Notes under the pieces: model-generated
Seen by the model: the letters and a program-made list of their open reading frames with translations, nothing else
The model's database searches: none
Told to the model about the DNA's origin: nothing
Source of the DNA: Anthoceros angustus
Taxonomy: Eukaryota > Plantae > Anthocerotophyta
Reading direction: 5' to 3'
DNA length: 64,000 bases
Assembly: GCA_010909165.1 (NCBI GenBank)
Contig: MU008176.1
Location: 674,856-738,855, forward strand
Shown: positions 48,256-60,094 of the stretch, piece after piece
Layout of the letters: each line of letters starts with the position of its first letter
Numbering within the stretch: position 1 is the stretch's first letter
Translations under genes and position numbers: made by a program

Positions 48256-48337
48256 AGACGCCCCTCTATCCAATAAGCAATGGGCCGCCACGGGGAAGAC
48301 GCCCCTCTATCCAATAAGCAATGGGCCGCCACGGGGA
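48256..48337. repeat. Perfect 41-bp tandem duplication containing CCAAT and TGGGCC (site II-like) motifs
   Basis: AGACGCCCCTCTATCCAATAAGCAATGGGCCGCCACGGGGA at 48256 and 48297. Confidence 0.9.
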
Positions 48338-48651
48338 ACTCGGCCCAACACACACGGGCGAGTTCCCAATATAGTGTTCCTGTTTCGTATCGTCCACAAG
48401 CCCATGAAAAAAATTTGTATTGAAGTCCAATGAGAACGAAATTTTCATATGAGACTGATATGACACATATACACAGAGGGCATGATGAAGATGAAGATGA
48501 AGATGAAGATTTTGTTCTCGATAGTGTGAAGCATGAGCAAATACTTGGCGGTTGAAAAGCAAACTCTGATAATATAAGGGAAAAAAAAAGAATCAAATAA
48601 TCATAGTACAAGAGACTAATAAATGACTAAATCCAAGGCCATCTATATGCA

Positions 48652-48659
48652 GAATATGC
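48652..48659. promoter_or_regulatory. P1BS consensus GAATATGC, ~1.2 kb upstream of the transporter ATG
   Basis: Exact consensus match and reverse complement of the 47833 site. Confidence 0.35.
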
Positions 48660-49630
48660 AGGTTATGCAACAGGGATGTCGAGAGAGGAACACCTATATA
48701 TGTCCGCACTTGGTTGCATCCTCTAAGCTTGTATTTCGGTGGTCTTTGGTAGTCATCGTTTGCTGGAGTCACGATCGATCTTCGGGTTTTCATGAACCGA
48801 AACACGCAGACAGGTGGCAAATCCTCTGCAGTCCAAGGACGTCTCACATCCTGATTGGCTTGGGCGCGGATTAAGCAACGAGGTGGGACGCTACCGCATC
48901 GATAAGAGGCAACCCTCGTTGGTGCCGCAACAGCGCCGATTGCACGAATCGCCAATGGAACAGCCCTCGTCCTCCTTGCAATTCTATTACACCATGTCCA
49001 TAAATTTGCACCTCTGAAATTGGAGCCCGATCGGCCCTTCCCAGTAGCACCCAGGCAAGGGACCATGAGCGGCAGCGGGGGAGCGGGGGGCAGAGACGGA
49101 GTTGGTGGGACACCTTGTTATTCTTGTGTCAGCAAGAACCCGACCTAGTTAGGCGGGGAGTCGGGAGCCTACTTTCAGTGGCTAGTTCTGGGCCATCTCG
49201 CCTCCAGCTAATTTCTCAGGATATGTTCCCTTCAAGCGGATGGGAATAACTTTTTTGACACAGGAGAGACTGGGGTGAGCTCACCTGCCGTAGGACATCT
49301 GCGATCTTCCCTTCAAGCTGCTTGAAAAAGGTTGTAGCCAGAGACGTCAGGGCATGCCGAGTCGCTGGCCTTCCTCGATGAGCGTACTATCGGGCCTCCT
49401 TTCGAAGTGGTACTGTTTTCCCCCTTCATCCGTTGGAACCCTAAGTGTGGAATAGTGCGAGATATATCGTGTTTCGCAACAACAGCCTTGGAGGAGCTTG
49501 GGTAGCGTGGGAGTTTGGACTGGCTCTCGGTGGGACGTATGTAGCACCTATATATGAGTTCTCCTTGCGTTGTGTCCAGGCATATTGAGGGCAATTGAGC
49601 AACCTTCTGTGTTATTCCAATCACCGAACA

Positions 49631-52600
49631 ATGGTATCGCCGTATCCCAACGACGATGACGAGGATGACGATAACGTTGGCCTTGATGAGGACTTTTACA
49701 AGGAAATGGAAGCCTTAAAACGAGCTTGTCAGCTGAGGGATCAAAACGATGGTAGCGATGCTGAATCTGTGAGCGATGAAGATGAAGATGAAGACGAGGA
49801 CTCAGACGAGGAGGTGTTGCGCTCAATTCAGACAAAATTGGATGCTTACAAGAGTGTAGATCTTCAGGCACCGTGTCTTGGGTCGGACGGGGGCGATGAA
49901 GATGAGGATGAAATTCTGCGATCTGTGGAGAAGTTTTGCGGGACTCTGGCAAGAGCTACACGGAAGCCAGCTGATGTAGACGAGGGCGTAAGTGCTGTTG
50001 AGGATTTTGGGGCTGTGACAGGAAGTCAGCGCTCCTTGGATTTGTCGGTTGTCTTAGAGGATGAGCAGGGGTGTGGGGGTCAGAGTTCTGGCAATGACGG
50101 TGTAGAGGAAGGTGGGGGGACGTTGCCAGAGGCACCCTCCACCTCTGTGCCCGCAAGGCTGCAGGCACTCTTGTCTGCCCTGAATCAGAACCGCTTTTGT
50201 CAAAGAATGATACGGAACCTTATGCACCAGGTTGAGTTGAAGGAGGCTGAGAACAAACTACTTCAGGTCCGCGTCAAGTCTTTTGCTCGTTCGGAAAGGC
50301 TGTGCAAAAGGAGGTCTACAGGGCTCTTCAACACCAGGCTATCGAATCCTATTCTGACATTCATTTCGAACCTGAGACGGAGGGTTAGCCGGAGGCAGTT
50401 TGAAAATGTGAGTGCTGTTGCCAGGCGGGTCCTGATTCTCATCGGTCTGGCCTTTGTCTTCGTCGTTACTGCATTTTGCAGCGTTTAGTGTCTCTCTGCT
50501 TGCAGGCATTCTCTGCTTTCTCTGCTTATTTAGTGGTTGCTTATGAGTTTACACTACTGGCAGCCAGCAGATGCTACAGCTATGGTTCCTCAACCAAATG
50601 CTGATGTCGCTAAGTTCCAGAATTTGGGACAAAAGTTGCCACTGTCATTCATGGAGAAAAAGTGGACTGCTGATGAGAAGACTGAGTTATACAACGGTGT
50701 TGTACAGCAAATTCAAGAAAGCCGTATGGAGCCAGTAATGGACGCCATTAGGTAACAAATCCGTTTCGGGCTAGCAGTTATTCATTGAAGTGACTCACCA
50801 TTGCTAATTTAACATGTGGTTTATAGAATCGTCCTGCTTGCTTCAGGTCGGGGGTTCAGGATGTCAGCACACTGGATGCAGAGCTTAAGAGGATCAGGGA
50901 GGATGTGATTACTTCTGATGATATTCAACAAGCTCTGCCTACACTGAACTGGGAGGAAATAGCAAAACTTTATGTTGTTGGGCGGTCTGGACAGGAGTGC
51001 AAGATGCAGTATGTTGACCTCTTCCCCCCTGTGTTTAGGCAGTCCTCTATGATTGGAATTTGTGTACTGTTTATAGACTTCACCTTTGGCACCTTGCCTC
51101 TGGTGCCATTGATAGCTTCATGTTGATGTCTGTGTTACAGGTGGATGAATTATGAAGATCCTAGCATCAACAAGGGGGCTTGGTCCAAGGCTGAGGACAA
51201 GAAGCTTCTGAAGATTGCCCAGGAGCATAATTTTTTCCACTGGGACAACGTAGCAGATTTGCTAGGGACTAATAGAACAGCAGCTCAATGCTTTTCGCGA
51301 TATCAAAGGAGTCTAAATGCAAGCATCATGCGTAGCTCTTGGACAAGTGAGGAGGATGAGCAACTACGTTGTGCAGTTGCAAGGTTTGGGGAGAGCGACT
51401 GGCAGAGTGTTGCAGCCACTATGGAAGGTCGCACTGGCTCACAGTGCTCCAATAGGTAACACATCAGCATATTTTTGTCTTATTGGGTAAAGAGCCCCGA
51501 AAGCCCTGAGCTGGGCGATATGAGCATCCTGCTCTGTCAATTTTCTCTGAATCCTTGATGGTGGCTGCTATGGTCACAGATATGCCATTATGTTGCAAAG
51601 ATCCAGATTGCTATTGGATCTTCTGTGCTCTTTTGCAGGTGGTACAAGGTCCTCCATCCTACCATTCGCAGGAAAGGAAGGTGGCTGTTGGAAGAGGATA
51701 AGCGACTGAAGTGGGCAGTGTCAGTTTATGGTGCTCAAAAGTGGCGCACAATTGCAGCACATGTACCTGGGCGAACTGATATTCAGTGCCGTGAAAGGTT
51801 TGAAAGCATTTCTCCTAAGTATTGTTTCAAGCTTCTGGAAGTACTGTGGACCAGAACTTGAGGGTTTGAAGCGGACAATGTGATATATGAGTATTCCAGG
51901 TGTATTTTCTAATTAGAGTCGTGGGTCTGTGCAGGTGGGTGAATGTCCTTGATCCTTCTGTTAATATAGGTGCATGGACAACCGAGGAGGACAAACAGTT
52001 GGAAGAACTTGTTGCCAAATATGGAGAGCATCGCTGGGCGACAGTTGCCAAAGAAACGAACTGTAGAACGGATAGTCAATGCTGGAGGTGCAAACATACG
52101 ATTTGGAGCCCAGATAATTTCACATGGCTGTATGTGTCCACAAGTTGATGTCTCGTTTGTGGATGCAGAAGGTGGAAGAATCTGCATCCTGAAAATCAAG
52201 CTACTTTTCATCGTGAAGGGCAGATTATGAGGGCAGCACTTCCCAGCAACTTTGTGGGCCGTGCCAAGGAAAGACCGAACCTCGGTCCTCAGGATTTTGT
52301 TTCTGAAATATCTGATGCACATGTTGTGAAACGGGCTCCTGGTCGACCTCGGAAAGAAGATGCATCAATTAGGATGGGGTAATTGTCTATCAAGCGTCAG
52401 ACCTAGAGTTTGTATGACTGTCTCGGCTGACAATCTCATGCAAATTTTGTTTGTTTGTCAGGAACAGAGAAACTTCGGTGGAACAGGATGGTGGAGTCTC
52501 TGACCCAGTGGCTCTTGAGATGCCAAGGTCCCGTCGAGTAGCTGGATTGAAAAGGTCAAGATCATCCAAATCGTTGGAAAGTTCAGGGGCTGATGATGGT

Positions 52601-54094
52601 GAGAGGGAGAGTCGTTCACTTAGTGAAGATGATCTCAGTCACGAGGTTGTGGCCACAGAGAGTCTTCCAGGAACTCCGGTCAGCTGTTTTCAACGGACTC
52701 CGTTCAGCCAAAGTTGTAAATCTGTGAAAAGCAGGACTGTTCATAGGCCACACTCAGCGGAGACAACTCATGGCCAAGTGACCCTGCTTCCAACAATGCC
52801 TGATAATCCCCAGGCAATAGATGAATTCATGGGTCTTGTTCGTATGTTTCACAGTTTTTGTAAGTATGCGTACAAGGTGCGCCCTGTTGAATCAACATCC
52901 TGTGCTCAAGTAGCAGAGAGCAGTGTCCCTGGTGAAGAGGCTACGGCAGCTAAATCAAGTGTTGCTGTTACAACAAGGCCTTCAGCTTCTAACAGGACAG
53001 GGGTTGATAAGGATGTCATGGAAACGGAGAATTCTCCAGTTGGTGATATTATGGATCTCGAGGCAGCAGCTTTGAGAATATCCACTGTCAACGTGGCAGG
53101 TGCAACAGGGGCCGATCCTAAGGTGGCAACTGCTGCAAGGGCGGATCTCGAAGTGGCAGCTGCAACAAGGGCCATTCTATCCTGGCCCTTCACGGTTGGG
53201 ATGTTGGATCTGTGTGCGGCAACAAACAGCACACTGGCTGGCAGGAAAAGGAGGCAGTCATCAGCAATGAAAATTCCTGAACAAAACCTTTCTGAGAATA
53301 TGGCAGCCGTTGCAGCTGCAGATGATTCTGCAGTGAGGAAAAGGAAGCGAGCGAGGCAGACAGATAGCGCCTCTGAACACAGCAAACGGAAGAGGCCAAG
53401 AGTGCAGGTAGAACCTCAGGACACGAACTCGTTGGACAGCCATGGGTCTCCTGAAGTAGGCAGACGGAAGAGGCAGAGGGTACACGCTGATGTTCTTCGT
53501 GCAACCAGCTCAATGGATAGCGGTGGAAGATCTGGAGCCAGTAGGAGGAAAAGGCAACGGCAGCAGGCTGATGTTATTGCAAACTTGGAGAGGAATGTGT
53601 CCTCAAATGAAGGGCGAGGGAATAAGCAAAGCGTGCAAACAGACCTTCCAGCTCCAACGACGGACAATACCGATAGTGCAGGAGTGGAAAGACTGAAAAG
53701 CTCCACCAATGCAGTTGTTGATACCGGAAGAGGAAAGAGACAAAAGAAGCAAACGAATGTGGTAACTGCCAAAGTGAACCGCAGCAGAAAGAAGGGAGGA
53801 AAGACAGAAATCACTGCTACTACAGCTCACATGAGAGATTTGGTTGACATTAACGCAACTCCCGAGGTAGAGACAAGTGACCCACAAATGAGTGCTACTA
53901 GCTCGCATGGACAAGAGGGGGACAGGGAGGAAGCCATCCCAACATCTGTGATGGATGAAGGAAGGAAGCGACGGAGGAAAAAGAGTGTGAAATCTCTGGC
54001 TAGTGTGTCCACACCACAGGCGCAGGGGAAGGAGACCGAAGTCCCTTCAGGAAAGAGGCGTAGGCAACCTCCTAGGCGTTTGATAGCTGACTAG
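49631..54094 (+). CDS. SNAPC4: snRNA-activating protein complex subunit 4 / MYB4R1-like; exons 49631-50407, 50564-50751, 50847-51008, 51141-51455, 51639-51797, 51935-52087, 52169-52378, 52462-54094, ~1198 aa
   Basis: N-terminal FYKEMEALKRAC, four to five Myb repeats (WSKAEDKKL...RTAAQC, WTSEEDEQL, WLLEEDKRL..VPGRTDIQCRERW, WTTEEDKQL) and SNFVGR..ERP motif. GT-AG joins give an in-frame 3597 nt; the exon 2 acceptor is the least certain. Confidence 0.88.
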
Positions 54095-54860
54095 CATCAG
54101 CTCGCTGAATGGTATGGTGGATGGAGGCATGGCTATTTATGAGGGAGTCCGAGCTCTAAAGTTGTACTCTTGCCATGGTCTGCGTTCCGTTCAACTCTGC
54201 TTCTGCAGGCCTGTTAATGCCCCGACGACGGATTCGAGTGCATATGCCAAAGCGAGGTATTTATGTTGTCCCGGATCCAAACAAAGCAAACCGCCAGCTT
54301 TTTTGCCTTGACGAGGTGTATTTGAGAGGTTGACGCTCTGCTTCCTGCACAGATCCTTTCAGAGTGGTTGAAAGCTGGATGAGGCTTGAGATAAGCTTGG
54401 TACGCAAAAGGAGGGCGACGGAGGAAAAAGAGTGAAATCTCTGGCTAGTGTGTCCACACCACAGGCGCAGGGGAAGGAGACCGAAGTCCCTTCAGGAAAG
54501 AGGCGTAGGCAACCTCCTAGGCGTTTGATAGCTGACTAGCATCAGCTCGCTGAATGGTATGGTGGATGGAGGCATGGCTATTTATGAGGGAGTCCGAGCT
54601 CTAAAGTTGTACTCTTGCCATGGTCTGCGTTCCGTTCAACTCTGCTTCTGCAGGCCTGTTAATGCCCCGACGACGGATTCGAGTGCATATGCCAAAGCGA
54701 GGTATTTATGTTGTCCCGGATCCAAACAAAGCAAACCGCCAGCTTTTTTGCCTTGACGAGGTGTATTTGAGAGGTTGACGCTCTGCTTCCTGCACAGATC
54801 CTTTCAGAGTGGTTGAAAGCTGGATGAGGCTTGAGATAAGCTTGGTACGCAAAAAGGAGG
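53968..54860. repeat. ~446-bp tandem duplication of the SNAPC4 last codons and 3' UTR
   Basis: Identical ORF-track peptides at 54114 and 54559; GCGACGG at 53968, 54415 and 54861. Confidence 0.93.
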
Positions 54861-54995
54861 GCGACGGGAGGACCAACAGTGGATGTCAAGTTTGGTGGCC
54901 GAACGCAAGCCTGTGTGCATATGGAACATTTATTGATTTGCCAACCTCGAACTTGGAGGTGGAAACAAATAGCAATAAGAGTGGGGGTTCCTGCC

Positions 54996-56102
54996 TCAAG
55001 AAAGTCTTTGGGATACCTCTAAGAGGGTGATACCAGCAAAGACGAGGAAGAGCGCTCCTCCAACATAGGCTATCACCCTCTCTGACAGGTAACTACTCAA
55101 GAAGGAGCCGCCGAGAACGGCCAGCAGTGTAGCCACTCCATGTCCGGCAATAGCACCCGATACCACTCCCAATGGATCTGAAGCTGCAGCTAGAGCGATG
55201 GTGGAGAAGAAGGATTTATCCCCCCATTCCGCCACAAAAACCAAAGCAAAAGTGCCCACTACGGTCCCCGCTGCAGCCTGCAAGGCGCCAGAGGCAAGAC
55301 CCGAGTCATCCACTCCAGCAATGGCCAGCTCCGCCTCCTGCTGCTCCTCGGCCAGAGCCGAATCCTCCATGGAAGCGGCACTGATGAGGGTGGTGACCCC
55401 GAAGTAGATGAGCAGCACCACCGCCGCAAGATCGTCCAGCGGAATCTGCGTCTGCCCGATCCCGAACGGAAGAATCTCATCGGCGTAGTGGAACCCACGG
55501 CCCAGCGCCACGGATATGAGCGTCATCGCTGCCAGAGCCCCGAACGTGCCTACAAACACCGGCGCACCGGACTTCCGCGCAGCCAGAAGCGCGGCGATGA
55601 AGAACGTCTTGTCCCCGATCTCTGAGAAGAAAATGAGCAGAAACGCGGACGCAAATCCGCTCTGAAAGTCGGCTCCATCATCCAGCAGGCCGGCTATCTG
55701 CTCCCCTGCCACCGCGTCCGCCCCGGCCCCGGTCCCGGCCCAGGCCACCCCGCCTGCCAAAGCTCCCAAGCCAGCCACAGCCAGGGCCGTCCATTTCCAT
55801 TTCCCAGCCGAGCGGGCACCAACTCCGCCCCTATAACAAGCCGCTTCCTCCTCGCCGTTGCTGCTGCTCTCCCCGTCCAATCCCCGGGCGTGCACCTTCC
55901 ATGCCGCCGCCTTCTGCCGCAAAACAGAGCTCCTTCTTCCTCCGACAGACACCTTCCCTCCGATTCCGCTTAATCTGCTCTCCCGGATGCATTTGCTCGC
56001 CCCGGAGGAAGGCAAGGGCGGGAGCGCATTCCTGTACTTGCTCGGCAACCGAGACACTGACGTGTGACGAGAGAGCGTGGCCCGCACCACACTGCTCTCC
56101 AT
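54996..56102 (-). CDS. PAM71: GDT1/UPF0016-family chloroplast Mn2+/Ca2+ transporter, PAM71 (GDT1-like 1) type, single exon, 368 aa
   Basis: S/R-rich transit-peptide-like N-terminus; EIGDKT and EWGDKS signature motifs; GFASAFLLIFFSE and FHYADEILPF..P.DD.AAV segments typical of PAM71. Confidence 0.88.
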   Translation of the reverse strand: MESSVVRATLSRHTSVSRLPSKYRNALPPLPSSGASKCIRESRLSGIGGKVSVGGRRSSVLRQKAAAWKVHARGLDGESSSNGEEEAACYRGGVGARSAGKWKWTALAVAGLGALAGGVAWAGTGAGADAVAGEQIAGLLDDGADFQSGFASAFLLIFFSEIGDKTFFIAALLAARKSGAPVFVGTFGALAAMTLISVALGRGFHYADEILPFGIGQTQIPLDDLAAVVLLIYFGVTTLISAASMEDSALAEEQQEAELAIAGVDDSGLASGALQAAAGTVVGTFALVFVAEWGDKSFFSTIALAAASDPLGVVSGAIAGHGVATLLAVLGGSFLSSYLSERVIAYVGGALFLVFAGITLLEVSQRLS

Positions 56103-56590
56103 TCTTCACCTCATGCCACTCCTGTCAGTCCTGGACCTACATTAACCCCTCGCTCCGCATTCCTTCTCGCTTCCTTCCTTCTTTCCCTGGATGAGGCAGA
56201 AGCTGAGCGCCCTGGCTACTCCTCTCGCATCGCATCCGTTCCCCTTGGCTGGCTGGCTCAGCTTCCCCGCTCTCGGACAGGCGGACAAATCTCCTTCACG
56301 CGCCGGATTGCATAATAGGGCCCGAGCGCCTGAGGTGAGAATTCGGGCTCGGAATTGGCGCCAAGAAAGTTGTGATAAGGTTCCACCCTGGTTAGTTTAC
56401 CCGGTTTCCTTTTTCGGCCGCATATAGCAGTTTACAACCCGGTTGTCGTTGTTTGCGGTGCACAACCCGGCCGGGTTGCCCATCGCACAAATTTAGGGCA
56501 GAGCTCTGCGCAAGGCTTTCTCCTTTTCGTCGGGACGTTTGGACTAATTTCTGCGCGGAAGCTCGCGATCTTCTCCGGCGGCTGGCAGCC

Positions 56591-57301
56591 ATGTCGACTA
56601 GCGAGCTTGCCTGCACGTACGCGGCCCTCATCCTGCACGACGACGGCATCTCCATCACTGTAAGCGAGCTCGAACCCTACTCGCTGTGCTTTTGAGCTGT
56701 CGTCCCGTTTATGTTCTTGTGGAGGGGTCGGACGAGGGGTATTAGGTTTCTATCTTTGTCGTCGCGTCGCTGGTCTGGGATGGCTGCTTTGCTAGGTTCA
56801 TTTTGTGCGAGTTCTCTGTTTGAGCTCCTGATGACCGGGCTGCACTCCTTGGCGCATGGCAGGCAGACAAGATTGCAACGCTGCTCAAGGCTGCCAATGT
56901 CTCGGTTGAGTCATACTGGCCGGCGCTCTTTGCCAAGCTTCTGGAGAAGAGAAGCGTAGAAGACTTGATTACGAATGTTGGATCAGGTGAGCCGTGGTGA
57001 CCTAATCTGTTTTTGGAGTAGCTTTACATTTTTCAGCTCAGCCATATCCGGACTGCTGTTGTCCAGGTGGTGGAGGTGGTGCCGCCGTGAGCGCTGGAGC
57101 TGCCGCCCCAGCTGCAGCTGCTGCCCCTGCAGCGGAGAAGGTGGAAGAGAAGAAGGTATTTCTGGGTGCCCCGCATTTGCAGTTTCCTGTGCGATTGTCG
57201 CCCGTGCGAGTTTTGATGTTAATGGTCTCTCGTTTCTCCGGCAACAGGAAGAGCCCAAGGAGGAGAGTGACGACGACATGGGTTTCAGTCTATTTGACTA
57301 A
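56591..57301 (+). CDS. RPP1: 60S acidic ribosomal protein P1; exons 56591-56659, 56863-56986, 57067-57155, 57248-57301, 111 aa
   Basis: [41 protein letters not shown], Ala-rich hinge and C-terminal [13 protein letters not shown]; canonical splice sites in frame. Confidence 0.97.
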
Positions 57302-57927
57302 AATTGTACGCATGTATGGGGGAGAGATTTTAAGTAAAGCTCCGTTTTGTTTATCGCGATACCTTCGTTCAATATTAGACTGCGTGTCAGCAGCATGCTA
57401 GAAAATCTTCTGCTTTTCGTCCTCGCCGCATCCGCCTCTTCCTTCACCTCCTTCTTTCTGTCCTTCCATTTGCAAGGTTTCACAGCCTCGCCATCGGAGT
57501 TTTGGTGTGAACTGTCTGCACTGCCTACATATATTGCACCGAGGCAAAAGGAACTGCATGGCCAGGCCTCTCGTGGGTCGAGGGGTTGGTGGCTTCAGGT
57601 TGGGAAATACGCACAGCTTCAGTATGTCGAAGCGACGTCGGGATGAAATTGAGCTCACGTCAGTCCAGCTTGAATAAAACAGAGAAGCCAACTGAGGTTT
57701 AACTGCGTCTCCTGCCCTAAAGTCCGGGGATACTGTAGTCGCCATTATCTCACTTGTCTTAATTCCAGATAGTAGCCAGGCCGGTTCGTTGCGTCGGTGG
57801 ACAGCTGTTGCTCTCGAGCATCGAGTACGGGACCCGGGCGCGAGGTGCGTCCTTCGCCTCTGGTCCGGCGGGCGAATGCAGGAACTACGCAGCTAGGGCG
57901 GCTGCCCTGCCGCTCTCACCTTGGCCA

Positions 57928-60094
57928 ATGCCGAAGAGGACTTGTCGCAATGCTTCGAACATGATAGAGAGGAAGTTGCTCACAAGCTTTCTCCTCGCAT
58001 CTTTGCTGTTCCACTTCTCTGCGCTAGCAGAGCACCAGCGCATTTCAGGTTCTCATTCAATGTAGGCCAAGTGAAGCTTTGCCAGTTTGTGCTCCTGAGC
58101 TGCGAATTCGCTTCCCGACTGAACATTGTCGTCAGCTTGATAGAAATTTCCAGTTGATTTGCTCCGGAGTTGGAATTCGTGTGAGTCTTCACCATTGATC
58201 AAGAGCGGGTCCGCCTGGTGATGCCGCTATGGCTTGTCCGTCGGTGCATCTGTTCTCCCAGGACGTCTCAGCTTCACGAGGACTGTTCCTCTGGCTTAAG
58301 CTGCAACTTCTGGTTGCGGAATCGTTATGAGAATGCGGTCCGGTTTGTTGTCAGCTTGCACATAGGATCTTGAGGTGGAAGAAGAGTCGTGGTAGGGTTT
58401 TCACTGACGTCTTGGCGCCACTTCTCTGCTGCTTTCCGTTTGAGAGCTTCTGGTTACTGGATATCAACGTTTTACAGGCTACAGTTTGTCCTATCTTACC
58501 TGGCCCTTCCCTCTATAACGGTGTGAAGTTTGATATCACTTGCGTTTTGTCATTTTCCAGGAAGCGCAGGTGATGTTCTTGAGGATGATCCCGTTGGAAG
58601 GCTTAAGGTCTTCATCTACAACCTGCCGCCGAAGTATAACAAGAGATGGCTCGAATCTGACCCTAGATGTCTCACACACATGTTTGCAACTGAGATATTT
58701 GTTCACGAGTTTCTCAAGACAAGTGCCGTGAGAACTCTGAATCCTGAGGAGGCTGATTGGTTCTACACCCCTGTGTATACCACCTGTGATTTGACCCCAA
58801 GTGGATTGCCCTTGCCCTTCAAGTCACCACGTATGATGCGGAGTGCCATTAATTACATCGCCACGCATTGGCCTTACTGGAATCGGACGGAGGGAGCTGA
58901 CCACTTTTTTGTTGTGCCTCATGATTTTGGTGCCTGTTTCCACTACCAGGTAGTGTATCTGCACCTTGTCAAGCTCTTCTGTTTTTGTGCTGATGCTAGG
59001 ACCGGAAGGAGGTGCCAGGTGCAGTGTCGCTTGAAAAGTAGATTTGATCACTGTTTTCAGGCATTGTTGTGCTGCTCCATGCTGTCTGGCTCAGGTACTT
59101 CAAAAGTAGGCTTATGCAAAGAAAAGCTACAATTGTTTATAGACGAAGGCATTTGACCCCGTTTTGTGCCTTGGCAGGAAGAGACAGCAATCAAGCGTGG
59201 GATTCTGCCTTTATTGCAGCGAGCAACGCTGGTCCAAACATTTGGACAGAGCTATCATGTATGCTTGAAAGAAGGGTCTATTGTAGTTCCACCGTATGCT
59301 CCTCCGGGAAAGATCCAAGCGCGCATTATACCTCCAAGTACTCCACGCTCAATATTTGTTTACTTTCGGGGATTGTTCTACGACCATGGCAATGATCCAG
59401 ATGGCGGTTACTATGCCCGGTCAGTGTTTTAGCCCCGTAACCTGTGTATTGTGCACTGGTGTCTTCCATTTCCTTGCATGTAGACGAGTTGCTGGTTTGG
59501 TGCTGGCATGATTCAGTGTTGGCTTGATCAAGGAGTGGATATCACCAGAGCACTGACCATCATGTTGCTGGTATGGGCAGGGGTGCAAGGGCATCAGTTT
59601 GGGAGAACTTCAAGGACAACATACTGTTTGATATTTCCACAGAGCATCCACAAACATACTATGAGGACATGCAGCGTGCCATCTTTTGCCTCTGTCCTCT
59701 GGGCTGGGCACCTTGGAGTCCCCGCATAGTTGAAGCTGTCATATTCGGATGTATCCCAGTCATCATTGCGGATGACATAGTGTTGCCATTTGCAGATGCC
59801 ATTCCGTGGGAAGACATAGGCATATTTGTGCCAGAGAAGGACGTTCCTATGCTGGACTCAATATTGACATCAATTCCACCCGAGCAGGTACTGGAGAAAC
59901 AAAAATTGCTGGCCAACCCTGCCATGAAGCAGGCCATGCTCTTCCCTGACCCTGCCGTCCCTGGAGATGCGTTCCACCAGATTCTGAATGGTCTGGCACG
60001 CAAGCTTCCCCATGACCCTGCCATTTTTATGGAAGCTGAACAACCACTTCTGAACTGGACAGATGGCCCTCCAGGCGACCTCCAACCCTGGTAG
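57928..60094 (+). CDS. IRX10L: GT47 exostosin-family xylan beta-1,4-xylosyltransferase, IRX10/IRX10L (GUT1) type; exons 57928 (or 57961)-58048, 58561-58949, 59178-59419, 59581-60094
   Basis: RISG|SAGDVLEDDPVGRLKVF, RCLTHMFA, DLTPSGLPLPFKSPRMMRSA, ADHFFVVPHDFGACFHYQ, FCLCPLGWAPWSPR and DAFHQILNGLARKLPH all match IRX10L; in frame. Confidence 0.96.
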
